From contig JBOEGF010000011.1 of assembly GCA_050633305.1 (NCBI GenBank), forward strand, positions 127,312 to 191,311: a stretch of DNA of 64,000 nt. The letters run 5' to 3'. Made by a program: the position numbers and the translations under genes. The first letter of the stretch is position 1. Every line of letters begins with the position of its first letter. The DNA is from Nannocystales bacterium. Lineage in GTDB: Bacteria; Myxococcota_A; Polyangia; Nannocystales; Nannocystaceae. The notes beneath the pieces are model-generated. The model did no database searches and was not told where the DNA came from. It saw only the letters and a program-made list of their open reading frames with translations. Below are positions 29,526-39,412 of the stretch, one piece after another.

Positions 29526-30758
29526 ATGACGGTGCGGTTCGTCTACGACGTCGTCTGCCCGTTCGCCTACTTGGCGTTCCGCCAGCTGGACCGGGTTCGG
29601 GCGCACACCGAGCTCAAGCTGCAGCCTATCCTGCTCGGAGGGTTGCTTCGCCACGTGGGGGCTCCCGCGGACCCCAACACGGCCATGGCTCCCGCACGTG
29701 CGGCAGCGAACGCGCGCGACATCGCGTTGTGGGCAGACTTCGGGGACGTCTCGCTGAATCCTCCGTGCAGCCACCCCCGCCGCACGCTCGACGCGATGCG
29801 GTTGCTCTGCGCGGCGCCTGCCGAGGAACGGGAGGCATGGACGGGCACGCTCTTCGAAGCCTACTGGGAGCAGGGCGAGGACCTCGCGGACCGCGAGGTC
29901 CTCAGGCGCGTGATGGCGCCCCACGAACTCGACATCGACGCCGTCATCGAGGCGGGCCGTGACCCCCTGCGGGCTTCGACCCAGGCTGCATTTGAGGCCG
30001 GTGCGTTCGGGGTCCCGACGTTCTTGGGAGGGCCGCGTGTGTTGTGGGGACAGGACCGGATCGGTCTGTTGCTACGGGACCTCGGAGACAACGTGGCGCC
30101 GGATGCTTGGTCGTCTCCGCCGTCCCGAGCGCCACGCAGGGTGATCGGGCTTCGCTTCATCCACGACGTTGCAAGCCCGTTCAGCTACCTCGCGTCCACC
30201 CAGATCGAGCGCGTCGCGGCGGAGGCCGGACTCGAGGTCGAGTGGTCTCCGATTCTTCTCGGCGCGCTGTTTCGGACGATCGGCACGCCCGAGGTGCCGC
30301 TGCACGCCATGAACGAGACCCGGCAGGCGTACGCGACTCGAGACATGCACGACTGGGCGGACGCCTGGGGCGTGCCGCTGCGCTTCCCCACGCATTTCCC
30401 GCTTCGATCGGTTCTTCCGCTGCGTGCGAGCTTGGTCGAGCCGCGCTGTGTGCACGCGCTGTATCGGGCGGCCTGGGCCGAAGACCGACGCATCGACACG
30501 CCCGAAGCGTTGGCTCCGGTGCTCTGCGATGCAGGCTTCGATGCCGAGGCGATCCTGACCCGCAGCGGGACCCAGGAGACCAAGGCGGCGCTGCGCGAGC
30601 ACACCGACCGCGCGCTCAGCGAGGGGATCTGCGGCGTACCCAGCTTCGTGCTGACCTACGACGATGGCACCACCCTTCGGCTGTGGGGCCAAGATCGGCT
30701 CGTGATGGTCCGTGCGGCCCTGGAGGGCTGGATGCCCGATCGCGCCGCTGCACTTTGA
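29526..30758 (+). CDS. Tandem DsbA-like / 2-hydroxychromene-2-carboxylate isomerase (kappa GST) double-domain protein
   Basis: Two homologous domains: YDVVCPFAY...PILLGG...GAFGVPTF...WGQDR and HDVASPFSY...PILLGA...GICGVPSF...WGQDR. Confidence 0.88.
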   Translation: MTVRFVYDVVCPFAYLAFRQLDRVRAHTELKLQPILLGGLLRHVGAPADPNTAMAPARAAANARDIALWADFGDVSLNPPCSHPRRTLDAMRLLCAAPAEEREAWTGTLFEAYWEQGEDLADREVLRRVMAPHELDIDAVIEAGRDPLRASTQAAFEAGAFGVPTFLGGPRVLWGQDRIGLLLRDLGDNVAPDAWSSPPSRAPRRVIGLRFIHDVASPFSYLASTQIERVAAEAGLEVEWSPILLGALFRTIGTPEVPLHAMNETRQAYATRDMHDWADAWGVPLRFPTHFPLRSVLPLRASLVEPRCVHALYRAAWAEDRRIDTPEALAPVLCDAGFDAEAILTRSGTQETKAALREHTDRALSEGICGVPSFVLTYDDGTTLRLWGQDRLVMVRAALEGWMPDRAAAL

Positions 30759-30782
30759 CGCCGGCCTCAGTTTTGGCGAGGG

Positions 30783-33062
30783 TTGCCCGTGGCCGACGAG
30801 GTTGAGCTGGCTGGCACCGTCGAGCGCGTCGTCTACCACGACCCCCGCTCGCGCTACACAGTGCTGCGTCTACTCGCGCCGGGCCACGAAACGCTGGTGA
30901 CCGCGGTTGGGAAGATGGTCAGCGTCGAGACCGGTGCCGAGCTGACGCTTCGCGGTCGGTGGGACTCCCATCCTCAGCATGGCCGACAGTTCGCGATCGT
31001 CGGCATGAAGGTCGCCGTTCCCACGACCAAGCTCGGCATCGAACGCCGGTTGATGCGCTACCCAGGGGTCAAGGCGGTCATGGCTTCGCGCATCGTCGCG
31101 AAGTTTGGCCTCGATACGCTCACCATCCTCGAGCAACAGCCACGGCGCCTCATGGAGGTCGAGGGCATCGGCCAACGGACGGTGGAGAAGATCGCTCAGC
31201 ATCACGCGACGCACAGCGGTCCGATGGCGCAACTCGAGGCGCAACTGCTCGAACTCGATCTCCCGGTTCATCTCGCAAACTCGATCTTCGAACGCTACGG
31301 GGACGACGGGGTCAACGTGCTCCGCAAGCATCCGTATCGCTTGGCGCGAGAGGTCCGTGGCATCGGCTTCTCCACCGCAGACCGGGTTGCGCGGGCACTG
31401 GGCATCGAGCCCGACAGTGCCGAACGCCTCGACGCAGGCATTGTGCATGTCCTCGAACAGGCCGAGATGGACGGGCATTGCGCGTTGCCGATCGAGTCGT
31501 TGGTCGAGCAGGCGACACGCAACCTTGGCGCGCCGGAGGCTGCGGTGCGCGACGCCGGCGAGCGCTTGGTGGTCAGCGGGGACGTGGTGCTCGAGCATGG
31601 CAACGACAATGCGCCGTTGGCATTTCCGGTGCGCATGCTCGAAGCCGAGAACGATGTCGCCGCGGGCCTTGCGACGCTGGCGCGAGGAAAGGCCGAGCCG
31701 TGGAGTGTTCCCGAGTTGCCCGGGCATCTCAGCGCGGGGCAACGCGCAGCCGTCGAAGCGCTGGCCGAGCATGGTGTGATGGTGCTGACCGGGGGGCCGG
31801 GCACCGGAAAGAGCACGGTCGTGGCGCAGATCCTCGAGCTGGCCGACCACAATGGTGTGGCCGTGTTGCTCGCGGCTCCGACCGGGCGGGCGGCCAAGCG
31901 CCTCGAGCAAACCACGGGTCACTCCGCAAGCACGCTGCATCGCCTACTCGAGTTTCAACCGGAGACCGGAGCGTTTGCCCATGGCCCCGCCGATCCGCTG
32001 CCGCCGGGCCTGCTGGTCGTTGACGAGAGTTCGATGATCGACGTCGCGCTGGCGGCCGCGTTGCTGGGGTCGCTGACCGATGCCCACCGTCTCCTGCTCG
32101 TGGGTGATGCCGACCAGCTCCCCTCCGTCGGCGCGGGCAATGTCTTGCGCGACGTGATGGCCGTGGCCGAGGACCCCGAGACCCCGATCGCGTTGGTTCG
32201 GCTCACCGAGGTCTTTCGCCAGGACGAAGGCAGCAGCATCATCGGCAACGCCCACCGTGTCCTGCATGGGCAGGAACTTGATCCGGACGTCTCCGGGGAG
32301 CAGGGCGAGTTCTTCGTCGTTGCCTGTCGCACCGCCCAACGAGTCCACGACTTGGCGGTGCGCATGGCTACGGACCGGATCCCCGCCGCATACGGCATTG
32401 AAGGCCGCACCGACGTGCAGGTTCTGGTTCCGATGCACAAGGGCATCGCGGGGACGGAGAACCTCAACCGGAGCCTTCAGGCCCACTTCACCAGCGGACA
32501 GCGTGAGTGGGCGGTCGGAGGCAAAAACACGCCGCGGCGGATCTTTCGAAGAACCGATCGGGTGATGCAGACCCGCAACGACTACGAGAAAGCCGTGTTC
32601 AACGGCGACATCGGAGAGGTGGTCGATGTGGATGCCGAGGCCGCAACGCTCACCGTCGACTTCGATGGCAAGAGGGTGAAATACGAGGGGCGCGAGGTTT
32701 CGGCGTTGCAGCTGGCCTACGCACTGTCGATTCACAAGAGCCAGGGCAGCGAGTTCGATGCCGTGATCGTGTGCCTGCTCCCCGAGCACCACGTCATGCT
32801 GCGCCGAAACCTGCTCTACACCGCGATCACACGCGCCAAGAAGCTGTGCGTCATCGTAGGGGACACACGGGCGATCGAGCGTGCCATCGGTCAGGCATCG
32901 GACAACCTGCGGCACACGGGCCTCGCACGCCGGCTGGCGGAGACGCTGAAGCTCGGCGGACTCGGGCTGGTGCCGGAGTTGATGGAGGACGCGGGGCCCC
33001 ACCCAGAGCCGCCGTTCAAGCTCCATGCGGTTGCAGAACCAGACGACGAGTCCGAGCGCTGA
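30783..33062 (+). CDS. recD2: ATP-dependent RecD-like DNA helicase (RecD2)
   Basis: GTVERVVY N-terminus, HhH motifs, PYRLAREVRGIGFSTAD, Walker A GGPGTGKS, DESSMID, VGDADQLPSVG, YALSIHKSQGSEF, NLLYTAITRAK. Confidence 0.95.
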   Translation: MPVADEVELAGTVERVVYHDPRSRYTVLRLLAPGHETLVTAVGKMVSVETGAELTLRGRWDSHPQHGRQFAIVGMKVAVPTTKLGIERRLMRYPGVKAVMASRIVAKFGLDTLTILEQQPRRLMEVEGIGQRTVEKIAQHHATHSGPMAQLEAQLLELDLPVHLANSIFERYGDDGVNVLRKHPYRLAREVRGIGFSTADRVARALGIEPDSAERLDAGIVHVLEQAEMDGHCALPIESLVEQATRNLGAPEAAVRDAGERLVVSGDVVLEHGNDNAPLAFPVRMLEAENDVAAGLATLARGKAEPWSVPELPGHLSAGQRAAVEALAEHGVMVLTGGPGTGKSTVVAQILELADHNGVAVLLAAPTGRAAKRLEQTTGHSASTLHRLLEFQPETGAFAHGPADPLPPGLLVVDESSMIDVALAAALLGSLTDAHRLLLVGDADQLPSVGAGNVLRDVMAVAEDPETPIALVRLTEVFRQDEGSSIIGNAHRVLHGQELDPDVSGEQGEFFVVACRTAQRVHDLAVRMATDRIPAAYGIEGRTDVQVLVPMHKGIAGTENLNRSLQAHFTSGQREWAVGGKNTPRRIFRRTDRVMQTRNDYEKAVFNGDIGEVVDVDAEAATLTVDFDGKRVKYEGREVSALQLAYALSIHKSQGSEFDAVIVCLLPEHHVMLRRNLLYTAITRAKKLCVIVGDTRAIERAIGQASDNLRHTGLARRLAETLKLGGLGLVPELMEDAGPHPEPPFKLHAVAEPDDESER

Positions 33063-33091
33063 GCGGCTCAGCTCGCGCGGGTTCCACCGCG

Positions 33092-33721
33092 CTAGCGACC
33101 CATCAGCACCGCGAGCGTGCGGCGCACGAGGCCATCGAGGTCCTCGGGGGGCGGATCGCTGTCGTGTGCCTTGGCGAGCGCGTTGTCCACGACCTTCGGC
33201 TTCCAGCCCAGGTTGACCAAGACGGCGCGGGCTTCGTCATCGAGGGCTTCGGCGGGTGCGTCCACCGACAGCTCCGGCTCCTCGCTGTCCTCGATGCCCA
33301 GCGCGGCTGCCAGTGGTTCGACCTTCTCACGCAGGTCCAAGATGATGCGTTCCGCCGTCCGTTTCCCGACCCCGGGGATGCGTTGAAGCGTCGCTTGCTC
33401 GCCTTGCCCGATCGCCTCGAGCAGCTCCAGCAGTGGGAATCCGCCGAGCACGGCGACGGCGTTCTTCGGGCCAACCTGCGGGACCGAGGTGAGCAGCTGA
33501 AACATGCGCCGCTCTTCGGGCAACATGAAGCCGTACAGGGCGAGCGCGTCCTCGCGGACATGCGTGTGGACCCACAACGCGCACTCTTCGTCTTCGCCCG
33601 GCACGTCGGCAAACGTCTGCCAGGAGACGATGAGCTGATAGCCGACGCCGCCCACGTCGAGCACGACGGTGCCCGTGAGCGCGTCGCGTACGAGCACGAT
33701 TCCGCGAAGATGTCCGATCAT
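33092..33721 (-). CDS. ruvA: Holliday junction branch migration protein RuvA
   Basis: MIGHLRG, LDVGGVGY, THVREDALALYGF, VGPKNA, IPGVGKRTAERIILDL. Confidence 0.95.
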   Translation of the reverse strand: MIGHLRGIVLVRDALTGTVVLDVGGVGYQLIVSWQTFADVPGEDEECALWVHTHVREDALALYGFMLPEERRMFQLLTSVPQVGPKNAVAVLGGFPLLELLEAIGQGEQATLQRIPGVGKRTAERIILDLREKVEPLAAALGIEDSEEPELSVDAPAEALDDEARAVLVNLGWKPKVVDNALAKAHDSDPPPEDLDGLVRRTLAVLMGR

Positions 33722-34257
33722 GACAGGGTCCGAGTCTGCGAGCTGGCATCCACGCCTGCGGCCCGAGCCGGTGCACTGTGCCCGTGACAGAGCGCGATGG
33801 CTAGGGCATCGGCCGCGTCCGTCGAGGGGGTGTTGCGCAGGCGAAAGAGCATCTGCACCCGCGTTTGAACCTGGGCTTTGGTCGCTCGGCCGTGACCCAC
33901 GACCTGCTGCTTGATCGTGGAGGGCGCGTACTCAAACGTGGGAAGACCGTGCTGCGCGGTCAGCAGCATGATCGCCCCCCGAGCTTGGCCCAGCTTGAGC
34001 GCGCTCGCGGCGTTCTTGCCGTAGTAGGCCTTCTCCAAAGCCACCGCGGTCGGTTTGAGCTCGTCGATGATCTCCGTGAGCCCCGCTGCGATCTCGGCGA
34101 TTCGCACCGGGACCTCGAGCGTCTTGCAGGGTCGCAGGACACCGCATTCGAGGTACTCGAACGCTCCGCCGCGGTCCGGATGGGTCTCGATGACGCCGTA
34201 CCCGACACACAGGGTGCCAGGGTCGATGCCGAGAATCCGCTGCGGTCCGACGCCCAT
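33718..34257 (-). CDS. ruvC: Crossover junction endodeoxyribonuclease RuvC
   Basis: ILGIDPG, VALE, LKLGQARG, YAPSTIKQQVVGHGRATKAQV, DAADALAIALCH; ATG 34257. Confidence 0.95.
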   Translation of the reverse strand: MGVGPQRILGIDPGTLCVGYGVIETHPDRGGAFEYLECGVLRPCKTLEVPVRIAEIAAGLTEIIDELKPTAVALEKAYYGKNAASALKLGQARGAIMLLTAQHGLPTFEYAPSTIKQQVVGHGRATKAQVQTRVQMLFRLRNTPSTDAADALAIALCHGHSAPARAAGVDASSQTRTLS

Positions 34258-34304
34258 CCGTTCCTCTGGGGTACCACAGGCCCCCAACGCACCGGAAATC
34301 CGGC

Positions 34305-35099
34305 TCAGCGTCGTGCTGCGTGGGTCGCCTCGAGCAGATCCCCGACGGTCATCGTTCGAGGGAGCCCCTGCTGGGCAACGGCGTTCCACAGGGGTCCGAG
34401 GGCGTCGTCGGGGTCCGATGCTTCGAGTGCTTCTTGGAGCGCGAGGACGGCTGCACGGCGACGCCCTTCGTCGAGGGCGAGCCGAAGCGCGCTCGCGACG
34501 GGGCTGTCGGTGGGCGGGGGCTCGGGCAGGCGAAACACCAACCCCGATGCATCGTTGGAGGCGGGGGCTCCACCGGATCCCACATCGGTGTGGGTGGCGG
34601 CGGCGGCGGGCTCGGAGACGCTGGGTGCGGGAGGACGGACGTCCGTTGGGACGGCACGGCCGACCCGCTCGACGACGACCGGGGGGGCTTCCTTGTGCCA
34701 ACGGCGTCGCGCGCCAGGGTCGAAGCGTTCGCGCTCGGGGGCGCGTGGCTGGACTTGGACCTGGCCGGAGGCGACGCGCTGTTCCATCGCCTGGCCGCGC
34801 TGCAGGATCTCCTCGCCGTGGCCCTTGGGAAGGACGGTCACGACCGTGTCCTCCTTGATGATCGCGTAGAGCGTCTCCCCGAACTCCACAACGGGGATCA
34901 GGGTTTGCGGCTCGCCGAGCATCGCGTCCAGCGTCCGGACAGCACGGCCACCGTCCTCGGCCTCACCCAGCGCGACATCCAGCCGGTCGCGCAGTGCCTC
35001 GTCGTCCTCTTCGGCCCGAGTGGGCACCAACTCGCGGAGCCGCTGCACGGCGCGGTGCGTGATGCTGTAGCGTCGATGGCCGACGAACGGAGGGCGCAT
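34305..35099 (-). CDS. Hypothetical protein
   Basis: 264-aa ORF with strong GC3 bias directly upstream of ruvC on the same strand; folded N- and C-terminal parts joined by a Pro/Ala linker. Confidence 0.7.
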   Translation of the reverse strand: MRPPFVGHRRYSITHRAVQRLRELVPTRAEEDDEALRDRLDVALGEAEDGGRAVRTLDAMLGEPQTLIPVVEFGETLYAIIKEDTVVTVLPKGHGEEILQRGQAMEQRVASGQVQVQPRAPERERFDPGARRRWHKEAPPVVVERVGRAVPTDVRPPAPSVSEPAAAATHTDVGSGGAPASNDASGLVFRLPEPPPTDSPVASALRLALDEGRRRAAVLALQEALEASDPDDALGPLWNAVAQQGLPRTMTVGDLLEATHAARR

Positions 35100-35214
35100 G
35101 AAGCCGCGTGTAGCCCACCGGGGTCGCGCTGGCTACCCCCAAGAATGCCGGGCCGCTCACGTCCGATCGCATGCGCACAACCTCCCACGCTGAGGTGCTG
35201 CTACGCTCTCCCTC

Positions 35215-36204
35215 GTGCGGGCAGGATCGCGCTTTCGACGCTACTTCATGGGGCTCGCATTCGCGACGCTGGGGCTCGCTGCGTCCTCCGCCCATGCCGC
35301 CGGAGTCCGCGGTGCAGGGGCGGCGAAGGCGTCGGAATGGAAACAGGCCCCAAGCTCCACCCGGCTTCGGTCGAGAGCGATTCGGCGCGCCCGGCTGGCC
35401 GCCCTGCAAACCGCGATCGACGGGCTCGAGGGCCGCGTCGACAAGGATGCCAAGAAGGCGGTTCAGCGCGACGGAACGCGGTGGACCGGCGCCTACCGAA
35501 TCGTCTCCGAACAGGTGGATCCGGACGGCATTCGGGTCGAACTCGAGGTCGAGATCGATGTCGCGCGGTTGGCCAAGTTCGTCGCACCGTCGCTGCCGCC
35601 CTCGCCGGCGAAAGTCCGCTTCCATCTCGGAGAGCTCTCCGCGGGCCGCGGATGCACGGTGGAGACCGAGCAGGTCGGTGTGGACCTCGAGCGGCTTGGC
35701 GTGGCACGAGCAAAGGTCGGGACATCGGAGCCGGTCGTCGTCGCCCTCGAGTGTGCGCCGCTGGGCCCCGTGCCGAACACGTTGTTGCAGGCGGTGCGCG
35801 TCCGCCTGGAAGCGAAGGTCGCCGGCCGTGTGCTGCTGAAGTCGGACGAGGCCGCGTTTGGTGTCGACGAGCAGAGTGCTCGCGAACGCGGCGCAGGGGC
35901 TGTCGCGGAGGCGCTCGCTGCCGAACTCACGGGTGACCCCGGTGGCGTCGTGGTTCGTGTCGAGTCTCCTCATCCGGCCTCTCGGGTGCGGCGTCTGCAG
36001 CGAGCATTGACGGATCGAGTGTCCGGGGTACGGAAAGCGAAGCTCGTGGGGATCGACCTCGACGGCTCAGTGCGCATCGAGTTGGTGGGGAAAGCCGCCG
36101 CGCAGGACATCGCCCGAGGGTTGCAGGCATTGAACCTTCCGGACTTCGAGGTCACGGTTGTCGGTGTTCATGACCCCCGTGCGCTCACGGTTCGCCTTCG
36201 CTAG
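35215..36204 (+). CDS. Hypothetical secreted protein
   Basis: Signal peptide (…FMGLAFATLGLAASSAHA); plausible globular sequence. Confidence 0.65.
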   Translation: MRAGSRFRRYFMGLAFATLGLAASSAHAAGVRGAGAAKASEWKQAPSSTRLRSRAIRRARLAALQTAIDGLEGRVDKDAKKAVQRDGTRWTGAYRIVSEQVDPDGIRVELEVEIDVARLAKFVAPSLPPSPAKVRFHLGELSAGRGCTVETEQVGVDLERLGVARAKVGTSEPVVVALECAPLGPVPNTLLQAVRVRLEAKVAGRVLLKSDEAAFGVDEQSARERGAGAVAEALAAELTGDPGGVVVRVESPHPASRVRRLQRALTDRVSGVRKAKLVGIDLDGSVRIELVGKAAAQDIARGLQALNLPDFEVTVVGVHDPRALTVRLR

Positions 36205-36312
36205 TGTCACGCTCCCTTCGGCCGCGGGGTGCGGGCACGATTCGTAAGCGGCATTGAGCCGGGCCGCGTTTTAGACCACCATCGTCCTCGCCTCATGTCG
36301 TCCGCGGTGTCC

Positions 36313-36630
36313 ATGGTTTCCCGAGTCGCACTTGCGTGCATCATGCTGCTCGGCGCGTGCCGTCCCGCCCCCGGTGCCGGCGCACCGTTGGCGATCGAAG
36401 TGCCCGACGCGGACACGGACGCGGACGTCTACGTGGACGGCAACTACATCGGCCAGGTCGGTTCGCTGACTGCCGCCGGAGCCGACCCTCTCGTGCTCGC
36501 GCCAGGTGTGCACCGGCTCGAGGTTCGCAAGCCGGGGCGGTTTCCCGTCCAGCGGACAATTCGTGTCGAGGGCGGAGAGGGGGCCGAGCCGGTGGTCGTG
36601 CAGGCCGAGTTGCTCGAAGACCCGTCCTGA
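36313..36630 (+). CDS. PEGA domain lipoprotein
   Basis: Lipobox LGAC; DADVYVDGNYIG...LAPGVHRLEVRKPG PEGA signature. Confidence 0.85.
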   Translation: MVSRVALACIMLLGACRPAPGAGAPLAIEVPDADTDADVYVDGNYIGQVGSLTAAGADPLVLAPGVHRLEVRKPGRFPVQRTIRVEGGEGAEPVVVQAELLEDPS

Positions 36631-36633
36631 GTC

Positions 36634-37809
36634 TCACCAGCGGAACTCGTAGCCGAGGTCGCTGCGGATCTGCAGCGCTGCGTCCGGGACCGCATACCCT
36701 TGGAAGGGGTGGGGGTCGTTCTGCATGCAGCCCGAGTCCTTGGTGCCGCCCCCCATTCCAGCTGCAGTGGGGCCGGTGCGCAACGCGAACGCGTGCTGCC
36801 GACGCTCACCGAACGTCGCCCGCAGGACAAAGCGCGCTCCGAGGAACAGCCCGCCTCGGGTGCTGACGACTCCGGAGGCTCGCACGGGACACGTGGCAGG
36901 GCTCGGGCCGTTGTGGACAAGGGTCTGACCACCCAGGCCTGCCGTCGCACTGAGGCCGAGCTCGAGTTGCTTGGCCGCTTGGAGTGCGCGGGTCCATTCC
37001 CCCAGCAGGAGGAACTGCATGGAAGAGATCCGGTGACCGCGGTTCGCCGTGGTCGGCGTGGTGGCCCATGCGAACTCGGCCCCCAGCAGGAACTCGCGTC
37101 GTTGGCCGATGTATCCGCCGGCGCGAAGCGAGGGGCCGAGCGCGGGCAAGGAATCGATGCCGGCTGTCGACGACATGGCCCCGGGGGCGATGGCGTCCAG
37201 TGAGAAGCCGAAACCGAACATCCCATGCGGGAATCCGGGGCGCATCGGCGAGACCGCGGGAGGCGGTCGAGCGGGGGGCTCGGGTGCGGGCTCAGGTCCG
37301 GTGACTGGAGTCGGGGCGGCGTCGGGTTCGGGTTCCGGCGAAACCTCCGCGTCCGACTCCCGCAGCTCCAACGTCGCACGGCCAGGATCTCCGCCGTCGA
37401 TACGCCACTCGTCGATCAGGTTGGGTCGACCTCGAAGGTCTTGGATCGTCGCCGCGACGGCGTACCGATCGGCGGCGCCAGGGGCCGCATCGAGGTAGGC
37501 GTTGTACGCCGTGACCGCAGCGGCACGGTGCGTCTCGTAGGTGTCGGGGTCTTCGTCCGCGGCGAGCAGCAGACGGTGATGACACACGGCGATGTTGTAG
37601 TGGAGGCCGGAGGTGGGCCGCAGCCTCAGGGCATCCTCAAACGACACGATCGCTTCGTCGTACCGTTCGGCCTGCGCATGTTCCCGCCCCTGGGCGAACG
37701 CGACCCTCGCCTGCGCGCGAGCGTCCTTCTCCTCGGGCGCCGCCGCATCCGGACTGGGGGGTTCCGCCGGTGCTGTCGCAAGCGCGGCAGCCAACAGTGC
37801 AACGAGCAC
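36634..37809 (-). CDS. Secreted TPR protein with outer-membrane beta-barrel-like C-terminus
   Basis: Signal peptide; ARVAFAQG...AIVSFEDALRLRPTSGLHYNIAVCH TPR; Pro linker; alternating beta-strands ending LGYEFRW. Start uncertain (GTG 37809). Confidence 0.7.
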   Translation of the reverse strand: MLVALLAAALATAPAEPPSPDAAAPEEKDARAQARVAFAQGREHAQAERYDEAIVSFEDALRLRPTSGLHYNIAVCHHRLLLAADEDPDTYETHRAAAVTAYNAYLDAAPGAADRYAVAATIQDLRGRPNLIDEWRIDGGDPGRATLELRESDAEVSPEPEPDAAPTPVTGPEPAPEPPARPPPAVSPMRPGFPHGMFGFGFSLDAIAPGAMSSTAGIDSLPALGPSLRAGGYIGQRREFLLGAEFAWATTPTTANRGHRISSMQFLLLGEWTRALQAAKQLELGLSATAGLGGQTLVHNGPSPATCPVRASGVVSTRGGLFLGARFVLRATFGERRQHAFALRTGPTAAGMGGGTKDSGCMQNDPHPFQGYAVPDAALQIRSDLGYEFRW

Positions 37810-37849
37810 GAGGTCGAACTCTACTACTGCGTGGGAGCAGGTGGGAGAC

Positions 37850-39412
37850 TCAGGCCGGCGGGGTCGCAGGCACGGGCCCCGGAGGCGGCGGCAGCGAGTC
37901 GGCGCCTGGAGCCCCCGCGTCTTCGGCGGGGTTGGACGGCGCGGCGGCTGGTGTTGGCGGCGGGGTGGGGTCTGCGGGCGCGGCTTTGACGATCGCCCCC
38001 ATGCCATCTCGAGCGCGCGCGGTGACACCGGTCTTGGTCAGACGCGCATCGCGGTTGCGCTCGAGCGCGCTACGACGCTCCAGATAGATCTGGACGAGGC
38101 GGCGCGCGGCGTAGTGCGCCTTGATCCGCCACTTGGGTTCGTTGGCCAGCAACACCGCGAACGCGATCTCGGGGCGGTCGGCGGGTGCGAAGCCAATGAA
38201 CCAGTTGTAGTTGAGGTAGGGTGCCCGCTTGCCAGTGAGGCTTCCGGTCTTTCCGGCCACCACCACGTCGGCGATGTAGGGCTTGCCCTGCGGATCGACG
38301 AAGCTCTTGCGAGCGGTGCCCGACGTTGTGGTCGAGCGCATCATCTCTCCAAGGGCGAGGGCCGTCTCGGCCGAGATGGCCCGGGTCGGTTTCGGCCGGG
38401 CAGGGGAGAGGTCGCTGCCGTCGGGCCCGAGGACCTGGTCGATGACGTGCGGGGGCTGGTACACGCCTCCGCGGGCGAAGATGCTCACCATCGTCGCGGC
38501 GTGAATCGGCGAGAGGTCGACGTTCCAGAAGCCTGCCGCGACCTTGGCTCGCTCCATGGGGTCGGCGGGGATGTGCGCCGGGCTCCGCTCGACCGTGTAT
38601 TCGAACGGGATCTGCGTTTCGAACAGCAGCGAGTGCGCGACGTCGACGAGGTCCTGCTGACCTAGGTGCTTATGGGCCAGCTTGGCGATGACCAAGTTGT
38701 AGCTGTGCGCCACGGCTGAGGAGAGCGTCTCGCACCGCGTATCCCGGGCGGGATTGTCGGTGAGCATGTCGTCCTCGATTCCGTGCAGGCCTCCGGAGAA
38801 GCAGGCTCGGGTGCTCGGCGTGACCGTGCCTGACTCGAGCAGCCCCGCAGTGGTCACGAGCTTAAAGGTGGAGGCGGCCGGTGCCCACGCGCTGGCGACG
38901 ATTTCGACGGGGTCGACCTCGGTGTCCATGCTGGAGTGGCCGGCGAGGACCAGGACCGAGTTGTCCCGAATGTCGAGCATGACCGCGCCGGCGTAGGGCA
39001 CCTCGCGGTTCTCGAAGATCGTCAGCGCGGACTCCTGCAGGACAGGGTCGAGCGTCAGCATGATCCGGTGGCCGTCGTTGAGCTCCTGGACGAAGCGGCT
39101 CTTCTTCGGATCTGCGACTGCGCTCGCCGCGTCCGCCGCGGGCGCAGCCGGAGTGTCGGTCTCGGGCTTGGCCGCCTGCGGATCGGAGATCGTCACCAGG
39201 GCGGTGGCGCTCAGGTCGAGGCGATCTGCCCAGGGCAGCACCAACGATGTCTCTTCATCGGGGGTGACATCGGGGAGAACCGTCGCCGACTTCCGCACAC
39301 CGTCGTACCCCTCGGGCGCGCTCTGTTGCTGGACGTAGAAGGCGATGGCACCAAGTGTCCCCAGAAAGAACAGCGCGCCTACGCCGCTGAGACCCTTTCG
39401 TGGCGTTCCCAT
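37850..39412 (-). CDS. Penicillin-binding protein, transpeptidase domain
   Basis: N-terminal TM helix; LTLDPVLQ; SxxK (ASTFK), SxN (HSYN), KTG (AGKTGS); WFIGFAPADRPEIAFAV. Confidence 0.9.
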   Translation of the reverse strand: MGTPRKGLSGVGALFFLGTLGAIAFYVQQQSAPEGYDGVRKSATVLPDVTPDEETSLVLPWADRLDLSATALVTISDPQAAKPETDTPAAPAADAASAVADPKKSRFVQELNDGHRIMLTLDPVLQESALTIFENREVPYAGAVMLDIRDNSVLVLAGHSSMDTEVDPVEIVASAWAPAASTFKLVTTAGLLESGTVTPSTRACFSGGLHGIEDDMLTDNPARDTRCETLSSAVAHSYNLVIAKLAHKHLGQQDLVDVAHSLLFETQIPFEYTVERSPAHIPADPMERAKVAAGFWNVDLSPIHAATMVSIFARGGVYQPPHVIDQVLGPDGSDLSPARPKPTRAISAETALALGEMMRSTTTSGTARKSFVDPQGKPYIADVVVAGKTGSLTGKRAPYLNYNWFIGFAPADRPEIAFAVLLANEPKWRIKAHYAARRLVQIYLERRSALERNRDARLTKTGVTARARDGMGAIVKAAPADPTPPPTPAAAPSNPAEDAGAPGADSLPPPPGPVPATPPA

